Below are positions 30,034 to 40,142 of a stretch of DNA of 64,000 nucleotides, in pieces. Numbering within the stretch: position 1 is the stretch's first letter; each line of letters begins with the position of its first letter. A model generated the notes under the pieces. It was not told the DNA's origin. It made no database searches and saw only the letters and a program-made list of their open reading frames with translations. Source of the stretch: Candidatus Latescibacterota bacterium. GTDB taxonomy: Bacteria > Latescibacterota > UBA2968. The stretch lies in the NCBI GenBank assembly GCA_965198115.1, contig OZ240241.1, forward strand, positions 5,536,001-5,600,000. Direction: 5' to 3'. The position numbers were made by a program, and so were the translations under genes.

Positions 30034-31383
30034 CTATCTTCCTTTCACCCGGACCACGGACGCGATCCGCTCGAGGATTCCAGGATAGGTCTGATGCACG
30101 GGCCCTGGATTCACGATACGCGAAACGCCCTCCGCGGCCAGCCCGGCAACCGTCAGCGCCAACGTCACGCGTGCGTCTCCCCCCGCTTCCAGTTCGCCTC
30201 CCTGCAAGTTCTGTATGCCCTCGATGACCAGCCCATCCGGCATTTCTCCCACGCGGACACCGAGACGCCGAAGGTTCTCCACCATCAACTCGATGACGTC
30301 CGTGCCGCCTTCCCTCAACGCGGACACGTCGCGGATCACGGTTTCTCCCTGTGCGCAGGCGGCCACAACCGAGAGGAGCGGAATCTCGTCCCTGAAAAGC
30401 ACGCTGTACTCGTCGGCAATTTTGATCTTCCGAAGGTCGCCCATCGATTCGACGCGGTAGGCACGGGAGGAGATTCCAGAATCGGTCCGTGTCTTGTCAA
30501 TGTCGACACTAACGTTGAACCGTCTCAAGAGATCGATCAGGCGGCGTGTCTTCCAATCGGTGTGCGCATCCAGAACCGTTAGGGAGGACTGGGGCAGCAC
30601 CGCCGCGAGTCCCATCAGACAGGCCGCCGCCGTGGCGTCGCCGGGCAAAACGTGATCCATCGGCACCAGCGTCTGGGGCCCTTCCAGGAAGATTCGATGG
30701 CCGTCCGCATCCTCCACGCGGGCCTTTTCCAGCCGTCCCTCAGCGCGTCTGAACAGCACTTCCAGATCGTCTTCGCCCGCCAGGTCCTGAATCAGTTCAT
30801 AGGTCCCTTTTTGCCGAACCGCACCCAGGAATACTGCGGCCTTGACGGCGGAATCGGGTTGCCCGAGCGCGTAGGACCCCGGCTTCGGCGTGTTGATGCC
30901 GATCTCGACCTCGAACGGCGTTGCTTCGCCACCACGAACGACGATGCCAAAAGCCTCCAGGGCGTCGAGGATGCCTCGCGCTTCGCGAGTATAGGGGTCG
31001 CCGATCGTCAAACGACCTCCGAAGGCCGATCCGGCGACCAAACCGGAAAGACAGGCGAAAGCGGTGGGAGTCGACGCCTCGAGCACGGCGTCGGTCGATC
31101 GGAGCCCTCCTCCATGAACGGTCGCGGTCTCACCATCGAACGAAACCTCCACACCCAATCCAGAAAGCGGGGTCGCAATCGCCGTCACTTCCGGGCGTCC
31201 CGAACACCTCACCACGGTCGTCTCTCCGTTCACGAGCGCCCCGAACGCCAGCGCCATCGTCGACAGTTCCGGGTTTCCCGGCAGGTCGCACTGTCCGTTC
31301 AGCCCCGTTGCCTGGGGGATCGCCTCGAGGTCGATCTGCATCGCTTCGGATGGTGCTGCGACTTCCGTCTCTGCCATGCTCAC
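30034..31383 (-). CDS. EPSP synthase (AroA)-fold protein, catalytic residues degenerate
   Basis: Collinear with AroA (LPGDAT, DEIPLLSVVAACAQGETVIRD, PDGLVIEG), but PGxKS, SxQ, KExDR and DHR motifs are altered. Confidence 0.8.
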   Translation of the reverse strand: MSMAETEVAAPSEAMQIDLEAIPQATGLNGQCDLPGNPELSTMALAFGALVNGETTVVRCSGRPEVTAIATPLSGLGVEVSFDGETATVHGGGLRSTDAVLEASTPTAFACLSGLVAGSAFGGRLTIGDPYTREARGILDALEAFGIVVRGGEATPFEVEIGINTPKPGSYALGQPDSAVKAAVFLGAVRQKGTYELIQDLAGEDDLEVLFRRAEGRLEKARVEDADGHRIFLEGPQTLVPMDHVLPGDATAAACLMGLAAVLPQSSLTVLDAHTDWKTRRLIDLLRRFNVSVDIDKTRTDSGISSRAYRVESMGDLRKIKIADEYSVLFRDEIPLLSVVAACAQGETVIRDVSALREGGTDVIELMVENLRRLGVRVGEMPDGLVIEGIQNLQGGELEAGGDARVTLALTVAGLAAEGVSRIVNPGPVHQTYPGILERIASVVRVKGR

Positions 31384-31388
31384 TCCCG

Positions 31389-32483
31389 TTACACGAGAAC
31401 CTTGAATCCTCGACCTTCGAACAAGCGAGAAGCCGACTCGGCATCCGTTCCACTCCCGAATCCGAGTCGCAAAGAACCGCCTTCACCTTCGCGCACCTTC
31501 ATCACTTCGATGTCTTTGATGTTGATCCCCGCCTCCGCCAGCAGCCCACCAATTTCGGCGATCACACCGGGACGATCTTCGACCATCAGCCGCAGTTCGT
31601 GGAGCGGCGACATGAACCCTTTCGAGTCGCTCGGAATCCCGGCACGCACCTCCTGGGCATAGGAGAAGTCGGATGCCAGCGCGTCCACTTCCAAACGCGA
31701 GGAGATTTCGTCCAGCGTATCCCGAAACCTGGAGACGCTCTCTCGAATCGCCGCCACGTTCGTTTGGCAGATATCCCGCCACATCTCATAGGGGCTGGAG
31801 GCGATCCGCGTCATATCCCGAAAGCCCCCCGCCGCCATCTTCAGAGCCAGACCCTCCGGGACGTCGAGACGCCCCACCATCCCCACGAGGGATATCGCCA
31901 TCAGCTGGGGCAGGTGACTGATCGCCGCGGCCACACGATCGTGCGTCTCCGCATCCAGAACGAGAGTACGGGCACCCGTCGAACCCACGAGGTCCGCCAG
32001 ATTCTGGACGATCGCTTCATCCGTATTCGGGTCGGGTGTCAGCACATAGATCGCGTTCTGGAAAAGAAAGGGATCGGCTGCGTCGACGCCCCTCCACTCG
32101 GAACCCGCCATAGGATGGCCACCCACGAAATCCACGCCATCGCTGCCATGTTCCCGGGCAATTTCACAGATCGCCTGCTTCGTGCTGCCCACATCCGTCA
32201 CCACGCACCCGGGCGACACGGCTTCCAGGGTATCCGGAAGCAGCTCCAGAATCCGCGAAATGGGCGTCGACAGAAAAACGAAATCCGCTTCCCCGACCCC
32301 CTCCTTAAGTGCATCATACGGCACACCCGAATCGATCGCCCCGGTCGCGACCGCACGGTCGATCGTCTCCGGACGGCTGACGCCGACCACCCGGGACGCG
32401 ACGCCCGAGGCCTTGAGCGCCAGCCCGAGCGAACCGCCGATCAGCCCGACACCCACGATCGCGACGGAGGCGCCGTCGCTCAC
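31389..32483 (-). CDS. tyrA: Prephenate/arogenate dehydrogenase with C-terminal ACT domain
   Basis: GVGLIGGS, TDVGSTK, GGHPMAGSE, HDRVAAAISHLP, GFRDMTRIA; ACT 'EDRPGVIAEI..GINIKDIE'. Confidence 0.92.
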   Translation of the reverse strand: MSDGASVAIVGVGLIGGSLGLALKASGVASRVVGVSRPETIDRAVATGAIDSGVPYDALKEGVGEADFVFLSTPISRILELLPDTLEAVSPGCVVTDVGSTKQAICEIAREHGSDGVDFVGGHPMAGSEWRGVDAADPFLFQNAIYVLTPDPNTDEAIVQNLADLVGSTGARTLVLDAETHDRVAAAISHLPQLMAISLVGMVGRLDVPEGLALKMAAGGFRDMTRIASSPYEMWRDICQTNVAAIRESVSRFRDTLDEISSRLEVDALASDFSYAQEVRAGIPSDSKGFMSPLHELRLMVEDRPGVIAEIGGLLAEAGINIKDIEVMKVREGEGGSLRLGFGSGTDAESASRLFEGRGFKVLV

Positions 32484-32495
32484 GGTCGGGCCGCG

Positions 32496-33524
32496 CTAAA
32501 CACGTTCCGCCAGCTCCTTCACGAAAACGTCCGTCGCGTCCCAGCCCAAACAGGGATCGGTAATCGACTTTCCGTAAACCCCTTCCTCGACCGACTGCGA
32601 CCCCTCGATCAGATAACTTTCGACCATCAGCCCACGGATGATTTCACGAAGGAGATCGGAGCCGGAGCGGCTTCGCATCACCTCCATCACAATCCGTGGC
32701 TGTTCGGCAAACTGCTTGTCCGAGTTGTTGTGGTTCGCATCGACGACGAGGGTCGGGTTTTCGAGGTCCCGCTCCAGATACGCTTCGGCGATGTGCTGCA
32801 AGTCCTCATAGTGGTAGTTGGGGTAGCTCCGGCCGCTCGAGTTGACCCATCCCCGCAGAATCGCGTGAGCCAGGGGGTTGCCGGCGGTTCGCGCCACCCA
32901 ACGGTTGTAGTTCATCTCGTGCGGAATCTGCGCCGCATAAACGGCATTCAGCATCACGCCGATGTCGCCACCGGTCGGATTCTTCATGCCCACGGGCACA
33001 TCCACGCCGCTCGCCGTAAGACGGTGTTGCTGGTTCTCTGTCGACCGTGCCCCGACGGCGACGTAGCTCAGAATGTCCTCGACGTATGGGAAATTGCCGG
33101 GGTAGAGCATCTCATCGGCCGCGCTCAAATGCGACTCGGAAAAAGCACGGATGTGCATCTTCCGAATCGACATCAGTCCTTCGACGATGTCCGGATCCTT
33201 TTCCGGATCCGGCTGATGGGCCATGCCTTTGTAGCCTTCCCCCGTCGTCCGTGGCTTGTTCGTGTAGATTCGGGGGACCAGGATCAGTTTCTCCTCCACT
33301 GCTTCCTGCAGTTTGGCCAGACGTCCGACGTACTCGCACACGGCGTCCTCGTTGTCCGCCGAACAAGGCCCGATGATCAGCATCATCTTGCCATTCTTGC
33401 GCTCGAAAATATCCTTCAACTCAGCGTCCCGCCTCGCCTTGACCTTCGCCAGGTCGGGGTCGACGGGAAACTGCTCCCGGATGTCTTCCGGAAGGGGCGT
33501 TTCACCGATCAGTTTGAATGCCAT
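32496..33524 (-). CDS. DAHP synthase (class I-alpha)
   Basis: IIGPCSA, KPRTTGEGYKG, GARSTENQQHR, PVGMKN, ILRG, GKSITDPCLGW. Confidence 0.93.
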   Translation of the reverse strand: MAFKLIGETPLPEDIREQFPVDPDLAKVKARRDAELKDIFERKNGKMMLIIGPCSADNEDAVCEYVGRLAKLQEAVEEKLILVPRIYTNKPRTTGEGYKGMAHQPDPEKDPDIVEGLMSIRKMHIRAFSESHLSAADEMLYPGNFPYVEDILSYVAVGARSTENQQHRLTASGVDVPVGMKNPTGGDIGVMLNAVYAAQIPHEMNYNRWVARTAGNPLAHAILRGWVNSSGRSYPNYHYEDLQHIAEAYLERDLENPTLVVDANHNNSDKQFAEQPRIVMEVMRSRSGSDLLREIIRGLMVESYLIEGSQSVEEGVYGKSITDPCLGWDATDVFVKELAERV

Positions 33525-33539
33525 GATATCGCTCCGAGT

Positions 33540-33818
33540 TTACTTCGATTCGTCTTCTCCGTATTCCTGCTCGAGCCGGCGCGCTTCGTCGATGATCTGC
33601 CGAAAAATGCGCTCCACGGCCTTGTTGCTGAGGGGACCTCTGTTCAGCGATTCCAACTGTCGCAGCACCGCCGTTTCTCGCTCGGGTGCGTAAATCGGCT
33701 GATCGTTCGCTCGCTTGATCTTGCCGACCTCCAACGCGCACCGTGCGCGTTCGCTCAGCAGCTCGAGCAGCTCGCTGTTGATGGCGTCGATTTTCTGTCG
33801 CCAGTCCTCGATATCCAT
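33540..33818 (-). CDS. Chorismate mutase (AroQ type, monofunctional)
   Basis: IEDWRQKIDAINSELLELLSERA..VGKIK..IYAPERE. Confidence 0.9.
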   Translation of the reverse strand: MDIEDWRQKIDAINSELLELLSERARCALEVGKIKRANDQPIYAPERETAVLRQLESLNRGPLSNKAVERIFRQIIDEARRLEQEYGEDESK

Positions 33819-33821
33819 GAA

Positions 33822-34619
33822 CTATCCTTTGAGCGGGCGAACCAGATCGGCCGCAAAGTCCCCGATCTGGGTGACCAGACCGGGATCCTCTCCTTTTTCA
33901 CCAATGCGGCGAACGATCGCGCTCCCCACGACGACCGCGTCAGCCAGCCGCCCGACCTCGGCCGCGTGGTCCGGCGTCGAGATGCCGAAACCCACCGCGA
34001 GTGGCAGCGTCGTATGCGAGCGAATCTGTTCCACCATCGGCCCGAGTGAATCAGACAACGTCTGCTGTTCACCCGTGACCCCTGCTCGAGATACGTAGTA
34101 GACAAAACCCGTCGACGCTTCGGCGATCGTCTTGATTCGGCCCTCCCGGCTGGTCGGCGCCAGCAGAAAGACGGTATCCAACCCCGCGGCGTGCATCAGC
34201 TCACGGTAGGTCGATGCCTCTTCGGGTGGAAGATCCGAAATGATCGTGCCGTCGACACCCACGTCGGCGCAGCGCTTCACGAAATCTCCCAGACCATACC
34301 GATAGACCGGGTTGCAATACGTCATGAGGATCATCGGAATAGCCGAGCGCTTTCGGATGGCGATCACCGTGTCGAAAATGTCGACGACGGTCGTTCCGTT
34401 CTTCAAAGCGCGTTGGCCGGCCGCCTGAATCGTAGGGCCGTCCGCCAGCGGATCCGAGAAAGGTACGCCTAGTTCAACCACGTCGGACCCCGCCTCCTCG
34501 AGTGCGCAAACCAGGTCTACCGTCGCCTCGAGGCTCGGATCTCCCACCATGATGTAGGGAATGAAGCCCGTATGGCCGACTTCGTTCAGCTGTCTGAACG
34601 TGTCCCCCAAGCGCCCCAC
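33822..34619 (-). CDS. trpA: Tryptophan synthase alpha chain
   Basis: ELGVPFSDPLADGPTIQ, GFVYYVSRAGVTG, VGFGIS, VVVGSA. Confidence 0.96.
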   Translation of the reverse strand: MGRLGDTFRQLNEVGHTGFIPYIMVGDPSLEATVDLVCALEEAGSDVVELGVPFSDPLADGPTIQAAGQRALKNGTTVVDIFDTVIAIRKRSAIPMILMTYCNPVYRYGLGDFVKRCADVGVDGTIISDLPPEEASTYRELMHAAGLDTVFLLAPTSREGRIKTIAEASTGFVYYVSRAGVTGEQQTLSDSLGPMVEQIRSHTTLPLAVGFGISTPDHAAEVGRLADAVVVGSAIVRRIGEKGEDPGLVTQIGDFAADLVRPLKG

Positions 34620-34621
34620 CG

Positions 34622-35821
34622 TCAGTCCAACCCCTCGATCATGTCCGCCGCCTGCGTGACGTCTTTGTCTCCTCTCCCGGACAGATTCACGAGGACGATC
34701 TCGTCTCGATCCATCGACGGCGCTCGTTTGACGACCTCCGCGATCGCGTGCGCGCTCTCGAGCGCGGGAGTGATTCCCTCGACGCGGCTCAACAGCTGGA
34801 ACGCCTCGAGAGCCTCATCGTCCGTGGCATAGGTGTATTCGATTCGGTCGTGATCCCGCAAATAGCAATGCTCCGGCCCGACGCCCGAATAGTCCAACCC
34901 GGCCGAGACCGAATGCGTCAAAGCGATCTGGCCGTCGTCGTCCTGCAATACATAGATCTGCGATCCGTGAAGCACGCCCAGACGACCCCCGCAGAATCGT
35001 GCCGCGTGCTCGCCCGACTCGATCCCCCGTCCCCCCGCTTCGACACCCACCATCCGGACGTCGTCGTCCAAAAACCGGTGAAACAACCCGATCGAATTGC
35101 TTCCACCACCGACACAGGCCACGAGACAATCCGGCAGACGACCTTCCACCTCCAGCATCTGATCGCGCGCCTCGACGCCGATGACACGTTGGAAATCCCG
35201 GACGATCATCGGATACGGATGCGGACCCAGAACGGACCCGAAAATGTAGAACGTCGAATCGACGTTCGTCACCCAGTCCCGAATCGCCTCGTTGATCGCA
35301 TCCTTCAACGTCCGGCTGCCCGACTCCACGCCCGTCACCGTTGCCCCGAGCAGCTGCATTCGGAACACGTTGAGCGCCTGGCGGGCCATGTCTTCGGTGC
35401 CCATGTAGATCTCGCAATCGAGACCGAACATCGCCGCCACCGTCGCCGTCGCCACGCCGTGCTGGCCCGCACCCGTCTCCGCGATGATGCGTGTCTTGCC
35501 CATGCGACGCGCCAGCAGAATCTGACCCATCGAATTGTTGATCTTGTGCGCGCCCGTGTGCGCCAGATCCTCTCGCTTCAGGTAGATCTTCGCACCACCC
35601 AACCGTTCCGTCAGACGTTCGGCGAAGTAGATGGGCGTCGGTCTGCCCACGAAGTTCCGCAGGTAGTGACCGAGCTCGTTCTGAAACGCTTCGCTCTCCC
35701 TGGCTTCACGGTAGGCCGCCTCCAGATCGTCGAGGAGGGCCATCAGGGTTTCCGGCACGTATCGTCCCCCGTATGTGCCGAAGCGACCTCTTTCATCGGG
35801 TAGCGTATCTGATTTGGTCAC
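34622..35821 (-). CDS. trpB: Tryptophan synthase beta chain
   Basis: [53 protein letters not shown]; GTG start is approximate. Confidence 0.96.
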   Translation of the reverse strand: MTKSDTLPDERGRFGTYGGRYVPETLMALLDDLEAAYREARESEAFQNELGHYLRNFVGRPTPIYFAERLTERLGGAKIYLKREDLAHTGAHKINNSMGQILLARRMGKTRIIAETGAGQHGVATATVAAMFGLDCEIYMGTEDMARQALNVFRMQLLGATVTGVESGSRTLKDAINEAIRDWVTNVDSTFYIFGSVLGPHPYPMIVRDFQRVIGVEARDQMLEVEGRLPDCLVACVGGGSNSIGLFHRFLDDDVRMVGVEAGGRGIESGEHAARFCGGRLGVLHGSQIYVLQDDDGQIALTHSVSAGLDYSGVGPEHCYLRDHDRIEYTYATDDEALEAFQLLSRVEGITPALESAHAIAEVVKRAPSMDRDEIVLVNLSGRGDKDVTQAADMIEGLD

Positions 35822-35836
35822 ACCACTCCCCTTCAA

Positions 35837-37411
35837 TTATGAACCACCTGGAACAACGTGTTCGGCAATCGTCCGAAACAATACCCGTCGGTGGGACGCA
35901 CCGTCCTCGCCCCCGGAGAATCGGTGCAGGGCAATCACGATGGCGTTCGCGGGATCGACGCGAAAACTCGACCCGGTCACACCGTCACGCCCGTAACTCC
36001 CCGTCCCCAGACCTTCTCCAGGCTTTGGAACGATGCCGATGCCGCGCACGCCGCGCACGCCTGTCATAGCCTGAGCGGTTTCCGGCTCGATAAACAGGAA
36101 ATCCCCGTAGGACCCGCCGTTCAACAAGAGCTGACCCAACTTCGCCAGGTCCAGTGGTACACTCCACGCGTCATCGTGCGTCCCGAAAACCTCGGTGTCG
36201 TCACACGCGAGTGGACTCAGAAGATGATCGCGATAGAACGCGTCGAGTGCTTCGCCGCTGACGGCCTCGATCACCTTCCCCACGAGCGCCATCCCACTGC
36301 TCGACGCTCCACCACCCCCCACCTCGACATCATCCGCCACGCCCGCCACGCGCTCCTCCAGATCGTTGATGTCGTCACGCCACCCGTCCGCGATTCCACT
36401 CGTGTGCGTGACCAGATGACGCACCGTCATCGCCGGGTCGAGCGCCGTGCCGCGGAGCGGAACGAGATACTTCGCCACGGGCGCATCCAGTTCGACGCGC
36501 TTCTGGTCGACCAACGTCATCAACGCGAGCCCCGCGAGCACCTCCGTCACCTCGGCCAGCGGGGTCTGCGTCGCGAGCGTCATCGGCCTGGACCCGATCC
36601 CACCGACCGCACGGTAGTAGAAGACTACGCCCTTCCTCGCCACACAGAGAGACAGAGGCTCGTCTGACTGCCAGGCCGCAAGTACCGAATCCAGGGCGGC
36701 CGTCACCGTCTCCCGCATACCTGCTTCGGACGGCGAGCCGAACGTCAGCTCAGTCGAGCGCCCCCGATAGACCGCGGTGGGACAGTCGAACGCTTCGGCC
36801 GGTTCGAGATCGTAGAGCCGCCGCTTGAGACCGACCCACCACGTTCGATCCCTCGCCTGGCTTGCCCGTATGCCACCGGTACCCGGCACGAGCTCGTGCA
36901 GCCCCGCGAAAAGCGCGCCCGCCTGCTCGTCGTCCGTCAACCCCCGCACGACCTGTCGGATCACAAAAGCCGAAAGTGCAGCGCCCTGTTCGACGATCAC
37001 GATCGGGTCGATCGCCATTTCGTAGGGCAAATCGACGAGCGGGACCGTCGTGGACGGGTCCCATACAACCGGAGCCACGTGACGATAGAGCGTCTTGAAT
37101 CGTCGATACGTCCGCCCCGAGGAGGCCCGCACGGTCACGACCGCACCGTATCGGCCGGCTTCCGTCGGCGCCGTAACTCGACGGTAGTTCCGATCGTAAA
37201 AGTCGACCTCGATCGTATACGGTCCGATTCTCCGTCTGGCCAGCAGCGAATCGGCAAAGTCGCACGGAGGAAACGTCTCTCCCGAAAACACGTGAGGCGC
37301 GAACACCATCGGCTGCCGGGCGAACGCCGTGGCCACCGACTCTACAGATTGGCCCGACACGACGCCCGTGCAGATCCAGACCAGGAGTGCGAGCCACGAC
37401 GGCCATCTCAT
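35837..37411 (-). CDS. Secreted serine hydrolase/beta-lactamase-fold protein, active site degenerate
   Basis: Signal peptide MRWPSWLALLVWICTG; LDAPVAKYL, TVRHLVTHTSG, IEAVSG, DLAKLGQLLLNGG; SxxK position reads EVTE. Confidence 0.75.
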   Translation of the reverse strand: MRWPSWLALLVWICTGVVSGQSVESVATAFARQPMVFAPHVFSGETFPPCDFADSLLARRRIGPYTIEVDFYDRNYRRVTAPTEAGRYGAVVTVRASSGRTYRRFKTLYRHVAPVVWDPSTTVPLVDLPYEMAIDPIVIVEQGAALSAFVIRQVVRGLTDDEQAGALFAGLHELVPGTGGIRASQARDRTWWVGLKRRLYDLEPAEAFDCPTAVYRGRSTELTFGSPSEAGMRETVTAALDSVLAAWQSDEPLSLCVARKGVVFYYRAVGGIGSRPMTLATQTPLAEVTEVLAGLALMTLVDQKRVELDAPVAKYLVPLRGTALDPAMTVRHLVTHTSGIADGWRDDINDLEERVAGVADDVEVGGGGASSSGMALVGKVIEAVSGEALDAFYRDHLLSPLACDDTEVFGTHDDAWSVPLDLAKLGQLLLNGGSYGDFLFIEPETAQAMTGVRGVRGIGIVPKPGEGLGTGSYGRDGVTGSSFRVDPANAIVIALHRFSGGEDGASHRRVLFRTIAEHVVPGGS

Positions 37412-37415
37412 GACC

Positions 37416-38669
37416 CTATCGGTCCCACCGCACCAGGAAGTAATTCCGCTTCCCACGTCGCATCACGAGGAATTTCCCGCACAACGCGTCGCTCGGAGCC
37501 AGGGTCTTTTCCAGCGTGTCACACCGCTCCCCGTTGATGTAAATGGCCCCACTGCTGATGTCTTCGCGCGCCTGCCGCTTCGACTTGGAAATACTGGCGT
37601 CGACCAGGAGATCGATCAGCCCGATTTCCGTGCCGCCCAACGAATGTGAGGGGACGTCGCTGAATCCCTCCTCGACCTCCTGCTCTGACAGACTCCCGAG
37701 GTCATCGCTGAAAAGGGCTTCCGATATGTGGACCGCGCGATGCATCGCCTCCTCGCCGTGAACGAGCTTCGTCACCTCCTCGGCCAGGACACGTTGGGCC
37801 TCCCGTTTCTCCGGTGCCCTTTCCACCTCGCGCGACAGAGCTTCGATCGCCTCGCACGACAGGAACGTGAACATCATCAAAAAAGACACGGCATCGGCAT
37901 CGGGCACGTTCACGAACCACTGGTAAAACTGATAGGGCGACGTCAACTCCGCGTCGAGCCAGATCGCCGAGCCTTCCGATTTGCTGAACTTCTTGCCATC
38001 CGACCGCTCCAGGAGGGGGTTTGTCAGCCCGAAGGCCTGCTCTCCGAGTTCCCGCCGAATCAGTTCGGCGCCGGCCGTGATGTTACCCCACTGGTCGCTC
38101 CCGCCGATCTGGAGCTCACAATCGTAGACCCTCCGCAACTCGAGGAAATCATAGGCCTGCAAGACCATATAACTGAACTCGGTGTAGGAGATCCCTGCCT
38201 CCATCCGTGAGGAAACCGACTCCTTGGCCAGCATGTAGCCGAGCGAGAAGTGTTTGCCGACGTCCCTCAACAGATCGATGGCGCGCAGTTCCGAAAGCCA
38301 CGTGTAGTTGGACACGATCCGCGCTGGGTTCGACTTGACCTCGAAGTCCAGGTATCGCTCGAGTTGGCCCCGCATCCTGTTCGTCCACGCATCGACGACC
38401 TCCGTCGTGTTCAGCTTCCGCTCCTCGTCCCGCCCGCTCGGATCGCCGATCAGACCCGTACCGCCACCAACCAAACCGATCGGGTGGTGACCGGCCAGCT
38501 GAAACCGCCTCAACACGAGAGCCGGGATCAGATTTCCGATCGTCAAACTCTCCGCCGTCGGGTCGAAACCCGAGTAGAGCGTGACCGGTCCTCGCTGCAA
38601 CCGTTCTTCCAGCCCTTCCGTCTGCTGAAACACGAGACCCCGGTAGGTCAGATCTTCCAAAATATCCAC
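37416..38669 (-). CDS. tyrS: Tyrosine--tRNA ligase
   Basis: YSGFDPTAESLTIGN, IGDPSG, QIGGSDQWGNI, KFSKS (KMSKS-like), C-terminal S4 domain. Confidence 0.95.
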   Translation of the reverse strand: MDILEDLTYRGLVFQQTEGLEERLQRGPVTLYSGFDPTAESLTIGNLIPALVLRRFQLAGHHPIGLVGGGTGLIGDPSGRDEERKLNTTEVVDAWTNRMRGQLERYLDFEVKSNPARIVSNYTWLSELRAIDLLRDVGKHFSLGYMLAKESVSSRMEAGISYTEFSYMVLQAYDFLELRRVYDCELQIGGSDQWGNITAGAELIRRELGEQAFGLTNPLLERSDGKKFSKSEGSAIWLDAELTSPYQFYQWFVNVPDADAVSFLMMFTFLSCEAIEALSREVERAPEKREAQRVLAEEVTKLVHGEEAMHRAVHISEALFSDDLGSLSEQEVEEGFSDVPSHSLGGTEIGLIDLLVDASISKSKRQAREDISSGAIYINGERCDTLEKTLAPSDALCGKFLVMRRGKRNYFLVRWDR

Positions 38670-38684
38670 GAACGCCCTCTCCAA

Positions 38685-39305
38685 TCAGATGCCGCGCACG
38701 GCGCGGATGAATGCGCGCACCTTCTCGTGATCTTTCTTGCCCGGCTCCACTTCCACACCGCTGCCCGTGTCGACGGCATAAGGCTCCACGGTCCGAATGC
38801 CCTCGATCACGTTTTCAGGGTCCATCCCGCCCGACAGCACGACACGACCCTCGTCCTTAACGGCGAGGGCGGCGCCCCAATCGAACGTCTCTCCCGTTCC
38901 GCCGTAAAACCCCTCCTTCGCCGCATCCAGCAGAAACGTCGACACGCCAGAACGGGCATAGGGTGTGAGCGACCCGGCATCGAACCCCTTCCCGACTTGA
39001 ACCGCGCGAATCACCGCCCCATCGACCGCCGCACACGTCTCTGGAGATTCATCGCCGTGAAGCTGGGCGCATTGAAGACCTGTCTCACGCAGCGTGGACG
39101 AAACGCGCTCAGACGGCACATTCACGAACACCCCGACGGGGGTCACGAACGGTGGCAAATCCTTCACGATACTCGTCACTGTCTCGAGCGACACGTAGCG
39201 GGGGCTCTTCGGATAGAAGATGAAGCCCAGCGCATCCGCGCCCGCATCGACGGCGCACGCGGCGTCGTCGGCATTCGTGATGCCGCAGATCTTGATGCGA
39301 ACCAT
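38685..39305 (-). CDS. trpF: Phosphoribosylanthranilate isomerase
   Basis: KICGIT, GADALGFIFYPKSPR, QLHGDE, GGTGETFDW, SGVE..PGKKD. Confidence 0.94.
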   Translation of the reverse strand: MVRIKICGITNADDAACAVDAGADALGFIFYPKSPRYVSLETVTSIVKDLPPFVTPVGVFVNVPSERVSSTLRETGLQCAQLHGDESPETCAAVDGAVIRAVQVGKGFDAGSLTPYARSGVSTFLLDAAKEGFYGGTGETFDWGAALAVKDEGRVVLSGGMDPENVIEGIRTVEPYAVDTGSGVEVEPGKKDHEKVRAFIRAVRGI

Positions 39306-39344
39306 CCCGGCGTCACCTGCCCATCTGCTTCACGACGACGGGAC

Positions 39345-40142
39345 TCACGCTTCCTCTCCCAAAAGCTCCCGCAACTTGAGTCCGATGTCTGTCTCCCGCA
39401 TCAGACTCTCGCCCACGAGGACCGCGTCGGCGCCCGCATCTCTGACCCGTATCACGTCGGCCCGTGTCCCGATTCCGCTCTCGCTCACGATCAACGTGTC
39501 CTCGGGCAGCAACCGGGCCACACGCTCGGTCGTCTCGAGCGTCGTATCGAAGGTGTGGAGATCGCGGTTGTTGATCCCGACAATCTCGGCCCCCGCGTCA
39601 ACGGCTCGTCTTCCCTCGCTCTCCGTATGGACCTCCACGACGGCATCCAGATCCAACCCTCGCGACACCTCCAAAAACTGCCGAAGCAACGCATCTTCCA
39701 GCGCCGCCACGATCAGCAGGACGGCCGACGCACCGATCGCGCGCGCCTCGTAGATCTGGTAGCCGTCTACCGTAAAGTCTTTGCGCAGGAGCGGTAGCCT
39801 CACGGCCTCGTGCACCGCCGTCAGGAAGTCCGCCGACCCCTGAAAATACTTCTCGTCCGTCAACAGGGAGATGGCGGATGCTCCGTGTGCTTCGTACGTC
39901 ACCCCGATCGTGACCGGGTCGAAATCCTCGCGAATCAATCCCTTAGAGGGCGAAGCTTTCTTGATCTCCGCGATCACCGCAATGTCGTCACCCGACGTCA
40001 GTGCCTCGAACAGAGAGGCCGGCTGCGCCGCCGAGTCGGCGCATGCCCGAACCGTCTCCTCGGGAACCCGTCCCCTCGCGTCGGCCACCACGCCCCGCTT
40101 GTAAGCGACGATCTCATCCAGAATGCTCGACACGGCGTTCAT
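39345..40142 (-). CDS. trpC: Indole-3-glycerol phosphate synthase
   Basis: [37 protein letters not shown]; start overlaps the trpD stop (ATGA). Confidence 0.95.
   Translation of the reverse strand: MNAVSSILDEIVAYKRGVVADARGRVPEETVRACADSAAQPASLFEALTSGDDIAVIAEIKKASPSKGLIREDFDPVTIGVTYEAHGASAISLLTDEKYFQGSADFLTAVHEAVRLPLLRKDFTVDGYQIYEARAIGASAVLLIVAALEDALLRQFLEVSRGLDLDAVVEVHTESEGRRAVDAGAEIVGINNRDLHTFDTTLETTERVARLLPEDTLIVSESGIGTRADVIRVRDAGADAVLVGESLMRETDIGLKLRELLGEEA

Noticed and set aside
30921-34049. 1042-aa plus-strand ORF
   Set aside because: Antisense shadow of tyrA/DAHPS/CM/trpA in high-GC DNA; R/P/H-rich with no recognisable motifs.
27907-38684. T-box riboswitches before argS or tyrS
   Set aside because: The intergenic gaps are only about 10-15 nt, leaving no room, and no T-box motif is seen.
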